Source: Haliotis cracherodii (taxonomy: Eukaryota). Taken from it: DNA of 64,000 nucleotides. The notes beneath the pieces are model-generated. The model was not told the origin of the DNA. It did no database searches and was given only the letters and a program-made list of their open reading frames with translations. Positions 12,801-22,622 of this stretch are shown piece after piece; positions within the stretch are counted from its first letter, which is position 1, and each line of letters opens with the position of its first letter. The DNA is taken from NCBI RefSeq assembly GCF_022045235.1, contig NW_027266302.1, positions 620,001 through 684,000 of the forward strand, written 5' to 3'. Position numbers and translations under genes: made by a program.

Positions 12801-15732
12801 TGACACTCTATACTAAATAATCTAAGACTAAACAATTGATGAATATCTATGTCAAGTGCCTAAATCATGCTCACAGATAGTTAATACAACCAATTGCAGC
12901 TGTAGAAACTAAAATATTTAGTCCAGTAGTCATATAATGATAACATATAGCTAAACCCTTAAAATGGCAAATTTTTACTAGTCCTTATGATACCATAACT
13001 GTTGACAGCATGGCAAGGACTACAGGACTAGTGCCAATTTCTAATGCTGCATTGCAATAAAATGCTGCATCTCATTAAATAGCCATTTGAAACAGAGCAA
13101 TGTATAAATAAATAATATCCTAACCTGCTTTCTCAGAGAGGGCCTAAATTTCAGGAGGCCCAGTTTTCTAAACAGGCGTAATTTGCTGCAGTAATGATCA
13201 TGGGTTCGAATCCTGGTCAACCCTCATTATGTTTCTAGGTTTGTCAGTGCCATACCCATGGTCTTGTTTCACCAAAGTGGTAAACTTCTAAGACCTGTAA
13301 GGGTTTTCCTCCCACATCAAGCTGGCACACCATGTGACATACTGTTCAATGCGACATTAAACCAAACTCACTTCTAAATATAAATTCAGTAGAGCAATAT
13401 CAACCCCATACTTATTGATTTATGGATGATACTAAACATAATCTTGTCAAAACGATAAACAAACAACAAATTATGTGTTCCAGTGCAAGCGTTCTTATTT
13501 CAAACCTACACTTATTAGTAGTTATTGTGTTATTATTCAAAACATTTTAACACAAATAGTTAAGATGCATTTACAAAACAAGAGAGTGAACAACACAGTG
13601 CTATATAAAGTTAAGAAAAGATATTCCCACTGACTGAGGCCGAACTGTTCTGCCTCTTGGTCATATTTCTCTTCATCCTCTTGGTCACTGATCTTTTCCA
13701 GGAACTCTATATATTCCGATGAGTGGAACTGAAGCAGTTCCGATGCAGTTGCCTCCCTTGGTGGTATCACTCTGAAGAAAAAAAGCATTCATTAGTGATT
13801 GTAAAGGAATGATCTCTTGCTGACCATACAGTTGTTTGACTTGGCAAGGACTATATGTTTAAACAACTCACTTCATGTACTTGACAAGGCCATACGCTTC
13901 TATCAAGCTGTGAACCATGCTTGCCTGAAAGGAAAAAATGGAAACTGTCAAAGAATATTATAACTTAAAGCTTAAAAAAAATAAAAGAATAGGTTCTCAG
14001 GCAATGACTTTTAAGAATATAGTGCGGGCGGGCGATGTTTTTTTAATGTTTTTTTTGTTTGTTTGGTTTTTTTCTTGGGGGTGGGGGTAGGGGTGGGGGG
14101 GGTTAGGGGGCCACCATGACAATAACCAAGATGCGCAGTAAAGCAGTGTGCATGTAAAGGGAAGTAAGTAAATGTGTGCCATATTGGATCACATTGTTTT
14201 TAAGTGTTAGGATTTATTTTTTTTAAATGGAAATAAAAATGAAACATGTGATGATGCAGGCGGTGCCTGAGAACCAAGACTATATTTTTTTTAGCTTAAT
14301 ACATGTCAGTCAGGGGTGGTAACAAACGTGCCTGGAGTTCCCTACCAAAGTCGTGCTTATAATGAGTCTGATACATGTATTACTTAATGTAACTGCTATT
14401 GCACTATACCATATCATGGAAACCTAAGTCTACAGTCTTCATGTTGTAGTTTCCTGATTAGTTGCTAAATATTGAAGGTATTGTTACGTGCATAAAATTA
14501 ATATTGCATTTAATACTATATACATGTGCAAAATTTATTAAATTGAGAGGTCAAAATGAAGTCTGATTTACCCTCAGTTCCACTCTGGGCATCTTGTCAC
14601 AGATGTTGACATAGGTCTCACTGTAAACATAGCCTACTCTGGACTGCACGCTTGACCGTGGAGTCTGTACAGTGCGGACTGGTACAGCACTCGCGCTGCC
14701 ATTACTGGCACAGTCTTTCCCTGGGATGGAGCTGTCAGGTTTTGGAACTTCCTCATTCCTAGCTTGCAGTACCCTCTTCCTCTTGTGCAGGGGAGTCAGT
14801 GGTTGGCTGTGTTCATCACAGTCCATGATGTCGTAAACATCAACATTGTTGGCAACAACCTGTGGCTTTGATTTGTCCTGGTCTGAATATAGTTTATCAC
14901 TGTCTGTTACTTCAAGTACGTTGGATGTCCGATTGACTAGGCTCCCACCTTCACAGTCATCCATATTATTGTCATCTACCTGAACTCTTAGAGTACTGGC
15001 ATGGTTTTGCTGCTCTTGGCACTTGCTATGAACAAAGTCAATTCTATTATGTCTCATTGTTGGAAATTCAGGGTTGTTCTCATCATTACCTACATTGTTA
15101 ACATCAAACGAAGACTTCAATGGATGTGATATTTCTGATTTTACATCATTTCCCCTGCCTTCAGTGGTGGCAGTAATCTCATAACCACTACCTTGTCCCT
15201 GTCTCAATACATGTTTGTCAGGTAAAATACTACAGTTCCCTTTAACATCAGTCAAAGACGCTGGACTTGTTTGACTAGATATATCAGATACTATGTCACA
15301 GAGTCTGCGCTTCTTTAAAGGGTGTTCTGTTGCATCTGGATTTTCATTTACTGATGGATTTTGTTCTCTTGGGGCCGTGTCATGCTTATAGTTTCTGTGC
15401 AATTCAACAGAATTCTGAGAATCATCATTATCAATGTCATAAATGTCTCTAATGTTACTTCCTTGTGCTGGTATAGGGGATGCTACCTCATCAGCATTGA
15501 ACACTGTCTTAGCCATGTTTGGGAAATAATAATTTTTAGTACTACATTCTTCTCTTTTTCCCTCATCTTCTGGTGCAGTTCCATTAACCTTTTCGGCCAC
15601 GATAAATGCATTAATTTCACATTTTGAATCTAGCCATAGTGAGTTTTGAGTTTCAGCATCAGGTGTTATCTCTTTAGTTGATTGTTCCTGTTTCATGGTG
15701 GACAAATGATCACCACCATACTCTGCTGACAT
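6804..15732 (-). CDS. HDAC8: Histone deacetylase 8 (class I HDAC) with long N-terminal extension, 730 aa, 11 coding exons
   Basis: Exons: 15732-14572, 13924-13872, 13771-13635, 12401-12260, 11349-11237, 10003-9926, 9138-9030, 8770-8598, 7952-7858, 7442-7337, 6829-6804 (TGA). All GT-AG, phases consistent, 2193 nt total. Motifs [82 protein letters not shown] are HDAC8-type. Catalytic His-His, Zn ligands and Tyr are intact. Confidence 0.95.
6886..7170. repeat. Minisatellite, ~32-37-bp unit, in last HDAC8 intron
   Basis: GTTTATTAGATTGACTACTGTACATGAATAGTGTGAT, about 8 copies. Confidence 0.9.
10015..10810. repeat. Minisatellite (17/30-bp TGTCAAACAGTGTCA-type units) in HDAC8 intron
   Basis: Direct visual periodicity. 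Source of the Cys/Val-rich spurious ORFs. Confidence 0.9.
12075..12245 (+). mobile_element. tRNA-derived SINE family A, full length
   Basis: GGGGCGGTCGGGTAGCCTAGTGGTTAAAGC...GGTTCGATTCCC...(ACTC)n with 10-bp TSD TCTTCTGTAC (12063-12072, 12246-12255). Confidence 0.9.
12542..12798 (+). mobile_element. SINE-like retroposon family B, near full length
   Basis: Shares body and 3' tail with copies at 5283, 22420, 29575, 37826, 43500, 53860, 58886 and 60049. Confidence 0.85.
12897..13049. mobile_element. hAT-like MITE (CAG...CTG ends)
   Basis: Same family as 40736-40891 and ~48998-49152. Ends CAGCTGTAGAAA / TTTCTAATGCTG. Confidence 0.65.
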
Positions 15733-15852
15733 TTTTTTTGTAAATTTTCATAGCAGAAATCTGAAACATGCAAAAGTATAATGAAGACTGTTCATTTGTG
15801 ATTGGTGAAATTGATAGGCTACAGAATAGCAGAGAGGGCGCCACTGTCCAAC

Positions 15853-16360
15853 CTATTCCCAAACTGCCTCAATGAATTTGTATTTCCCGCCAGACAAATT
15901 CACATTCTCGTAATTCTGTTTACTGGCGACGTAAACGTCCCAAATGAAAACTTCAACCATCGCACTACGCAATGGCAACTCTGATCGCGGCCAAACATCT
16001 ACATTACTTTTGGTTAAGTCTTTGGACAGGAGTGACCATTTAAGAAGCCCAATCGTGTTTGTTTTGTTTTCATCTGAGATGTGGGTTATAACGAAACTTG
16101 ACATTTAGAAAATCCGAAATATGAATATCTCTATTATAACAGAATCAGCTAAATAATGTATGATTATTGTCACATATAACGATCGTTAATTAAACGGTGT
16201 CTGTAATTTGTTTCTTTGTGTATTTCTAATTCAATATGGGTGTTTTGTTTGAAACGACAAATGCCTTGTTTTACATTCGTAAAAGATTCTTCTCAGTTTT
16301 TATATGCTACCTCCGACGCCAAAGAGTTACTTAGAACACATTCTACTTCCGGTAAAGAAG
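15853..16360. promoter_or_regulatory. Probable bidirectional promoter / first exons of HDAC8 (-) and the zinc finger-transposase gene (+)
   Basis: Minus-strand donor at 15852-15851 (AG|GTTGGA) upstream of the HDAC8 acceptor at 15761. ETS-like ACTTCCGG near 16345 followed by a donor-like G|GTAAAG. Locally CpG-enriched. TSS positions are inferred. Confidence 0.45.
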
Positions 16361-18354
16361 AAATATATTGACGATTAATTTGATCATTGTAAGATGAATT
16401 GCGACTTTTTGTAAACATTGCATGTGATTAGAAGATAGATAATTACTTCTACTGTGCAGTTCAATTAGTATTTGCACCAAACAGGAATGATATTTCAGTC
16501 TATTGTGATGTCCCCAGTTTGTCATTATTGAAAATAGAACCACTGTGTCCTCAGATGGTCCTTATTTCGATCATAATCTTCTGAAAACTTATGAAGAAAG
16601 GAAAGATCCAGTGCGATTTTTGTCGAAATACACAAGTATAGAATACTTGCGTACTGGATATAATAAAAATAACGGGTGGTTATTGTCTTGTTCAATTTTC
16701 ACCATAGCATTTCCCCTTGCTTGACAACAGTAGCCTAAGGATCTATACCGAATCGTCGCCTTTACAGTAAATAACGAAGTTGTTATCCATAAATGGTGTC
16801 TACTTTAGACTGAAATTAGTTTTGAAAATTTGAACTGTAGTATGTCTTATGCGTACGCAGAGACCATATATGGTCTCTGTGCGTATGTCAGGTTTACTAA
16901 CCCACAGATGTATGTCCTATGACACTGTCAATTTGTATTTCCTGATTTTCAAATTAATCATTCAGTAGGAGACACCCAACAAATGTATTGCAGAATAATG
17001 TATAATTTCAAGTGTGAAATCTGATCTGTACCCATGGTATCAGTGAGTTCTTTACAGCGACATCACTGTTTATACTTATCAGCTGCACCACCTTGTACAA
17101 TTGTTGTGAGATGAGTCCGCTGTTTCAATCTTGTTTCTGTTAAATGTATTTTTGGTTAGTGTGAGTTTGAGTCCATTCTGTAATCACTGGAAACAGAATT
17201 GATGCCTAATATTATATTTTAATATTATATTCTGTTGTCTAGAGTGCATACATTGTCAATATGTCACAGGTTTTGTATACCGGTATACACCATTTTCCTT
17301 CACAAGTGAATACATACAGGCCAATTTGCAGTATAGTTGCTAATTGTAACCAACAAATCTAGCCATCGCTTGGTTCTAACAAAAGGAAAACCAGCGATCA
17401 AGTGCTTAAACCAATTAGCACTCTGATTACCAATTAGCACTCCGATTACATCTCACAATTGTCTAGTCCAGATAGACCGCCGTCATATAGCTGGAATATT
17501 GCTGAGTGCTGCGTTAACCAACAACCAGCCAACAACAACATCTCACAAACTGCAATATCTCCTGTGCAACATGTGCAATAACCTTGAGGCCTTCGGTTCT
17601 ATTACTCTAATAGTGCTTCAGTGTCACTGATTGTGAGGCAATGGTAGGGTTGGCACAAAGTTCATGTGCAGAGTGAGGCTCATTTGAGGTTCATAGTCAA
17701 ACTGTATATTCACATGTGATGGAGGAAAGTTAGTTAGGGCTGGCTTGAAAAGATTGATAATCAGAATTATTGTCAATGGGAAGAAATGTCAGCAATGTGA
17801 AATTGTGTCATCGATAATAACTTACATAAACTATTGTGATGAAATAAAGTTTAACTTTACCGAAACAGACTTTTTATTGTCAGTCATGTCAATTTCCGAA
17901 GAGGGAAAGCAACTGTTTCTGTTATATCTTACATGTCCGCAAAGTAATCTGTGCTTAAATGTGCCACCACTCACCAGTGGCTTGAAATATGTTGATTTCT
18001 TTCGTACTTTTTTGCATATCTGCTCAATATTATTTCTGCGATATTTATCAATATTAAGTTAACGATTATCAATCTCTGTGATGTATATCGTTAGCCAGCC
18101 CTCAAAGTAGTGCATACAAATGCTTAAAGTATTGAAGATGGAGTGCACACTAACATTATCCATTTCATGTTGTGTTCGACCTGGGTTTGAACCTATTTGA
18201 TATTATTTCAGATGTGACAACTAAAATCAAGCTACTCAAGACAGGAAACTTATACACAAGATACAGCAGCTACAACATCACACAGTATCTTAAGATGATA
18301 TTGAGGTTCCTCTGATGTAATCATTAAGGTGAATCAGAGGTCACGACAATAGCC

Positions 18355-20794
18355 ATGTCTTCTTTAACCTCTCCAAAGTCCTCCAGAAAGAGGATTAAAA
18401 AACGACCTCCTGTAAAATTAACTGTGAAGATCCCCAGTCCTGAGAAAAAGAGAAAGAAAATGAAAAGTGAATCTCTGGATTTTGATGATCATGATTACAC
18501 ATGTACGGTGTGTGACTTTTGTTCCAAGTCATTTGGAGATGGGGCCAAGTTGTTGAGTCATATGAGGAAGAGTCACCGCCAGGGATCACACATCTGTATG
18601 TGTCATGGCAAGCTGTTCAAGACTCGCAGAAGCATGCAAAGCCACGAAGAGAAGATGCAGGTGAAATATTTTTTACATTACATGTAGTTTTGAAACATTC
18701 TGTGACATGCTTTTTTCAATGTTAAAACTTATAGCCATAAGCCCTATGGTTCAAAATGAAATGTTTGTTTTCAAACTGTTGCCAAGAAAATTAGGAGGCA
18801 AAGACACAGCTTTCCTACGGACTTTTGGTATAATTCGCATCGTCATCATGTTGAGCCAATCTTAGATATCTGGCTTACTAATTATTAAACAAGATTAAGA
18901 TTAGTAGACAAGTCTTTGTTGTAGTGTAACCCACATTGTGTGTTTTCAGGACGGTACAATGGGTCAGAGAAAGAACTATCGGAAATACACACAAGAAGCC
19001 CTGCTCAATGCCTACAATGCTGTGAAAGAAGGGAAAATGTCTACAAGAAAAGCAGCAAAGAAGTTCAGCATCCCTTTCACCACCCTCCTTGACAGAGTTG
19101 CCGGTCGGTTTGAAGTCAACACATATATGGCTACCTCAGGGCCAAGGCCTCTCATAAGCCGGGATGACGAACAGAAGCTGTGTCTTCATGTGCAGTTCAT
19201 GGCTGCAATCGGCTACACATACCTCCGAACTACTGTCACACAGCTAGCAACAGAACTTGCAACCTTCAAATGTGTCCTTGATGAAGGCAAGTCTTTGTCG
19301 GACAACTGGTACAGAAAGTTTGTCAATCGATGGCCTGAACTGTCCAAGAAGCCCAAAGGAGCCAGTGCTGTGTCTCCAGCAAGCACAGAAGTTGTGAAGA
19401 AGTATTACCAAGAGTATGTTCAAACACTGACCACACATGGTATTGAAGGTAAACCTGAGAACATCTATTGTTTAACTGTATACGAACTGAACATCCAGAA
19501 GTATGACCAGAATCAAGGAAAGAAGAAGTGTTCTGGCAATAAAGTTTCTGATATGGTGTCCATCATCTTGTGTAGTAATGCTGCTGGGTCGTCCATTGCT
19601 CCTTTCTTTGTATTCAGTGGTGGTGCTTACAGTGACAAGCTCATGGAGGGATCTCTGCCAAACTCACAAGCCCGCGTGTCACCTTCTGGGGTGATGGATA
19701 GCTCAATGTTCAAGGACTACTTCAAGAACCATCTTCTGAAGCTGCTCAAGGCAGACATGGATGTGAAGGAAGGGCCTGTGTTGGTGACATACAACGGCCA
19801 CCTGATACACTTTGAAATAGAGCGTATTGAATGGGCAAGGAAGCATGGAGTCTTACTGTTTGCACTGCCACCAGTCACAGACCATCTCAAGAGCTCACTG
19901 GATTCAGAAATGAAGGATATGTTCCACCAGCTGTTCAAGCAAGAGGCCAAGAAGTACCAGAAGAAACATTTTGGAGATCCACTTACAAAGTATAATGTCT
20001 GGAGCGTTGTCAGGAAGGTGTTTCCCCAAGTCTTCACAAAAAGGATCCTGATCCGGTTCTTCAAGAACGCTGGCATCTATCCTGTTGTTCCTGAACTTGT
20101 GGACCCGGAAGTGACCTATGCAGATGTCGAAGATCTGGACGAGTCTGTGTATGATGATCTGGAGAGCACTGAAGCCTTCCTTCAAGTTCGGCTTCCATTT
20201 CCCAATGTAGCAAACAGAGTTCTCTTGAGGAGAAATGGGTTGCCACTTCAAACCTCAAACAAGATGCTTGAGAGGTTTGGTCAGCCTTCAAAGAAGGATG
20301 AGAAGGCCCCTTTAAAGTTGGCCACCACGGAACATTCTTATGTACATGGAGTGGTGTTGAGCCAGGCAGAGAACGAGACTGATGATACCGTGGCAGTGAA
20401 GCCAATCATTGATGTGCCTCATTCTAGTGGGCCCCTCTTTGCACCTGATCCAGCCACAAAAGGGGTTAAAATAGAAGACACAGACACTGTGGAACATGTG
20501 ATCAGCGAGGTCACCACCGCCAGTCACGTGGGTGTCGAGGACCCTGTCCTTGTTATAGAGACACAGGTCGTGTCGTCAGTGGTGGAGGTGGGAACCACTG
20601 AACTCATCCCTGTTATCGACCTTGCAGGAGGCGCTGACGTAGGTGAAAGTCAAGTGCAAGAGTTCACAGTGAGGACCTCGAGTCAAGAACCTGGGTCAGA
20701 AACGGACCCTGATCAGCCAGCAAGCTTACCTCGCTATGCTTATGTTGTAGATCCGGCCACAAAGATCAAATACAAAATAATGTTTACTAAATAG
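18355..20794 (+). CDS. C2H2 zinc finger + HTH-psq + CENP-B HTH + degenerate DDE_1 protein (probable domesticated pogo/Tigger-family transposase), 716 aa
   Basis: join(18355..18660,18950..20794), phase-0 intron (CAG|GTGAAA ... TTTCAG|GAC). CDFCSKSFGDGAKLLSHMRKSH is a C2H2 finger. RKYTQEALLNAYNAVKEGKMSTRKAAKKFSIPFTTLLDRV is a psq HTH. DEQKLCLHVQFMAAIGY...WYRKFVNRWPEL is a CENP-B HTH. CSNAAGSSIAPFFVF, SPSGVM, VTYNGHLIH and LFALPP match pogo DDE_1 blocks. No TIRs seen. Upstream acceptor at 18211 implies a non-coding first exon. Confidence 0.85.
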
Positions 20795-21848
20795 CTGAAC
20801 AGCATCATTAACTCTTGGGTGAAACTCATCTAAATCCTGTTTATCCCAACAGCTGATTCTGTGAAAAATGTGAGTTGGATGATTATCCTTATATTTTTGG
20901 TATTACTGGTTTGATCTGTTCTCATGAAAAGTGACACCTTTATCCCAAAAGTAAACTCACTGTAACCCTTAAAACATCACAACATTAGTGCCGTGTACTT
21001 TTGTGTGTGCTGGAGGTTCCACTGGTCTGTTAAGGCTGGATGTATGTGGACTGGGATGGACATTCAGCTCGCCGTGTCCCTTGTACTCTTATCATCAGCT
21101 TGCATCAAATTCACTTGTATTAAGATAAATAACATTACATAATCTTGGGTTTGTAGTTGTCTTTTCTCTTGTTTTATTTCAGTACACATGACCTTTCGTT
21201 ATGTATTCAGTGGTTTATTAGAGTGGAGAAATGTGAACTTCACGTTCACACACTTCCAGTGGAGGGACTGCTCAAAGATTGCAACCAACTGTCATAATGT
21301 AGAGGTTGTTTGTCAAAGTTAGACTTAATCTTAGCTCTTACCAATTGGGGATGGGGTAGTCATGGGTGTCCCAGTAAACTAAAATGTCTCAGGTGATGCA
21401 ATTCGCCATACTGAGTTGTGTCCCTTTGGTGAGCCAGAATCTGATTTTGTCAGGGTGAATCCCAGATTGCGATACTGATTGGCCCCAATTATATGTATTG
21501 GTTTGTCAGCACCATAGACATGATGGAGTAGGGATCTTTACATGCTACCTACCTAGGCAATGGAACCAAGGTCTCCAGTCTCACGCATTTGATCCCCGGC
21601 TGCGTCATACCAAAAGGCGTTAAAAGATGTTTTTTGTTGTTACCCTGCATGGTGCTTGGCATTAAGGGCCTAAAACATGGACTGGCCAGCCTGGTGCCTA
21701 AGTTGGGTAGTCATGTTAAACTGTGGAATGGTATCTCAGTAGTCTATCACTATAAAATCGGCATTAGTCCAGACTAGTACAAGCAGCCACACAAACATGC
21801 ATGCACATTGCTATATAAGTGCAATAATCTTGGAGGCAACGTTAAATC

Positions 21849-22222
21849 AGAACAGGAAATAGTCACTGGGGGCTAAGTCTGGGCTGTACTGAAGGATTGA
21901 AGTTGTATTTGTTGACGTTCATCAGCTGATGAAGACAGTGCCTCATGTGAGCAAATTCCATGATGACTATTTCCTGTTCTGGCAAATGAAATCTGCCCTA
22001 CGTGGAAGACGCTTCCAGGATGACGAGGACATAAAGGCTGCCACAGAGGCATGGTTAGAGGGCCAATCTGCGGATTTCTATAAAAGTGGTATTAAAAGCT
22101 TGAAGGGCAAATGGAATAAGTATATTGAGGTGAATGGAGATTATATTGAAAAATAATAGTGCTTAAGATATTCTGCTACTTGGTCTCATATTGAAGTTGC
22201 AAAACTTATTGAACGCCCCTCG
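21849..22222 (+). pseudogene. mariner (DD34D) transposase C-terminal remnant with right TIR
   Basis: DYFLFWQMKSALRGRRFQDDEDIK...GIKSLKGKWNKYIEVNGDYIEK*. End AAAACTTATTGAACGCCCCTCG+TA. YSPDLAPSDYF is present in inverted orientation at 21857-21889. Confidence 0.85.
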
Positions 22223-22419
22223 TACCACCAGCACAGGTTGCTGCGGATGAATTCTAACACAGAATAAGCTGCAATCCAGTGATCACATAAAAAAATTGGG
22301 CCAACTCTTCAGCACCTGTTGATACCATGTAGTAAGATGTCCATCACCAAGAGTCAGCAACACTTTTATCAGTGTCTGGATGGACTGTCACACCATCTCA
22401 ACTGGTAAAAAGCTACTAT

Positions 22420-22622
22420 CCTTGTCGTAAGATGCGACTAAAGGGGTCGGGTGGTTAGACTAACTGACTTGGTTGATGCATATCATCATCTCCTAATGGC
22501 GTTGATGGATGCTCATGATGTCAATCACGGGATTGTCTGGTCCAGACTTGATTATTTACAGGCAGCCGTCATACAGCTGGAATATTGCTGAGTGCGGTGT
22601 TTAAACAACAACCAACCAACAA
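22420..22622 (+). mobile_element. SINE-like retroposon family B, 5'-truncated
   Basis: CTTGTCGTAAGATGCGACTAA...GCTGGAATATTGCTGAGTGCGG...(AACC)n. Confidence 0.8.

Noticed and set aside
19244-20527. Antisense and alternate-frame ORFs over the transposase-derived exon
   Set aside because: Shadow ORFs with no recognisable motifs.
21926-21960. CTGATGA as a hammerhead ribozyme core (also at 32283 and 46211)
   Set aside because: No correctly placed stem II and GAAA.
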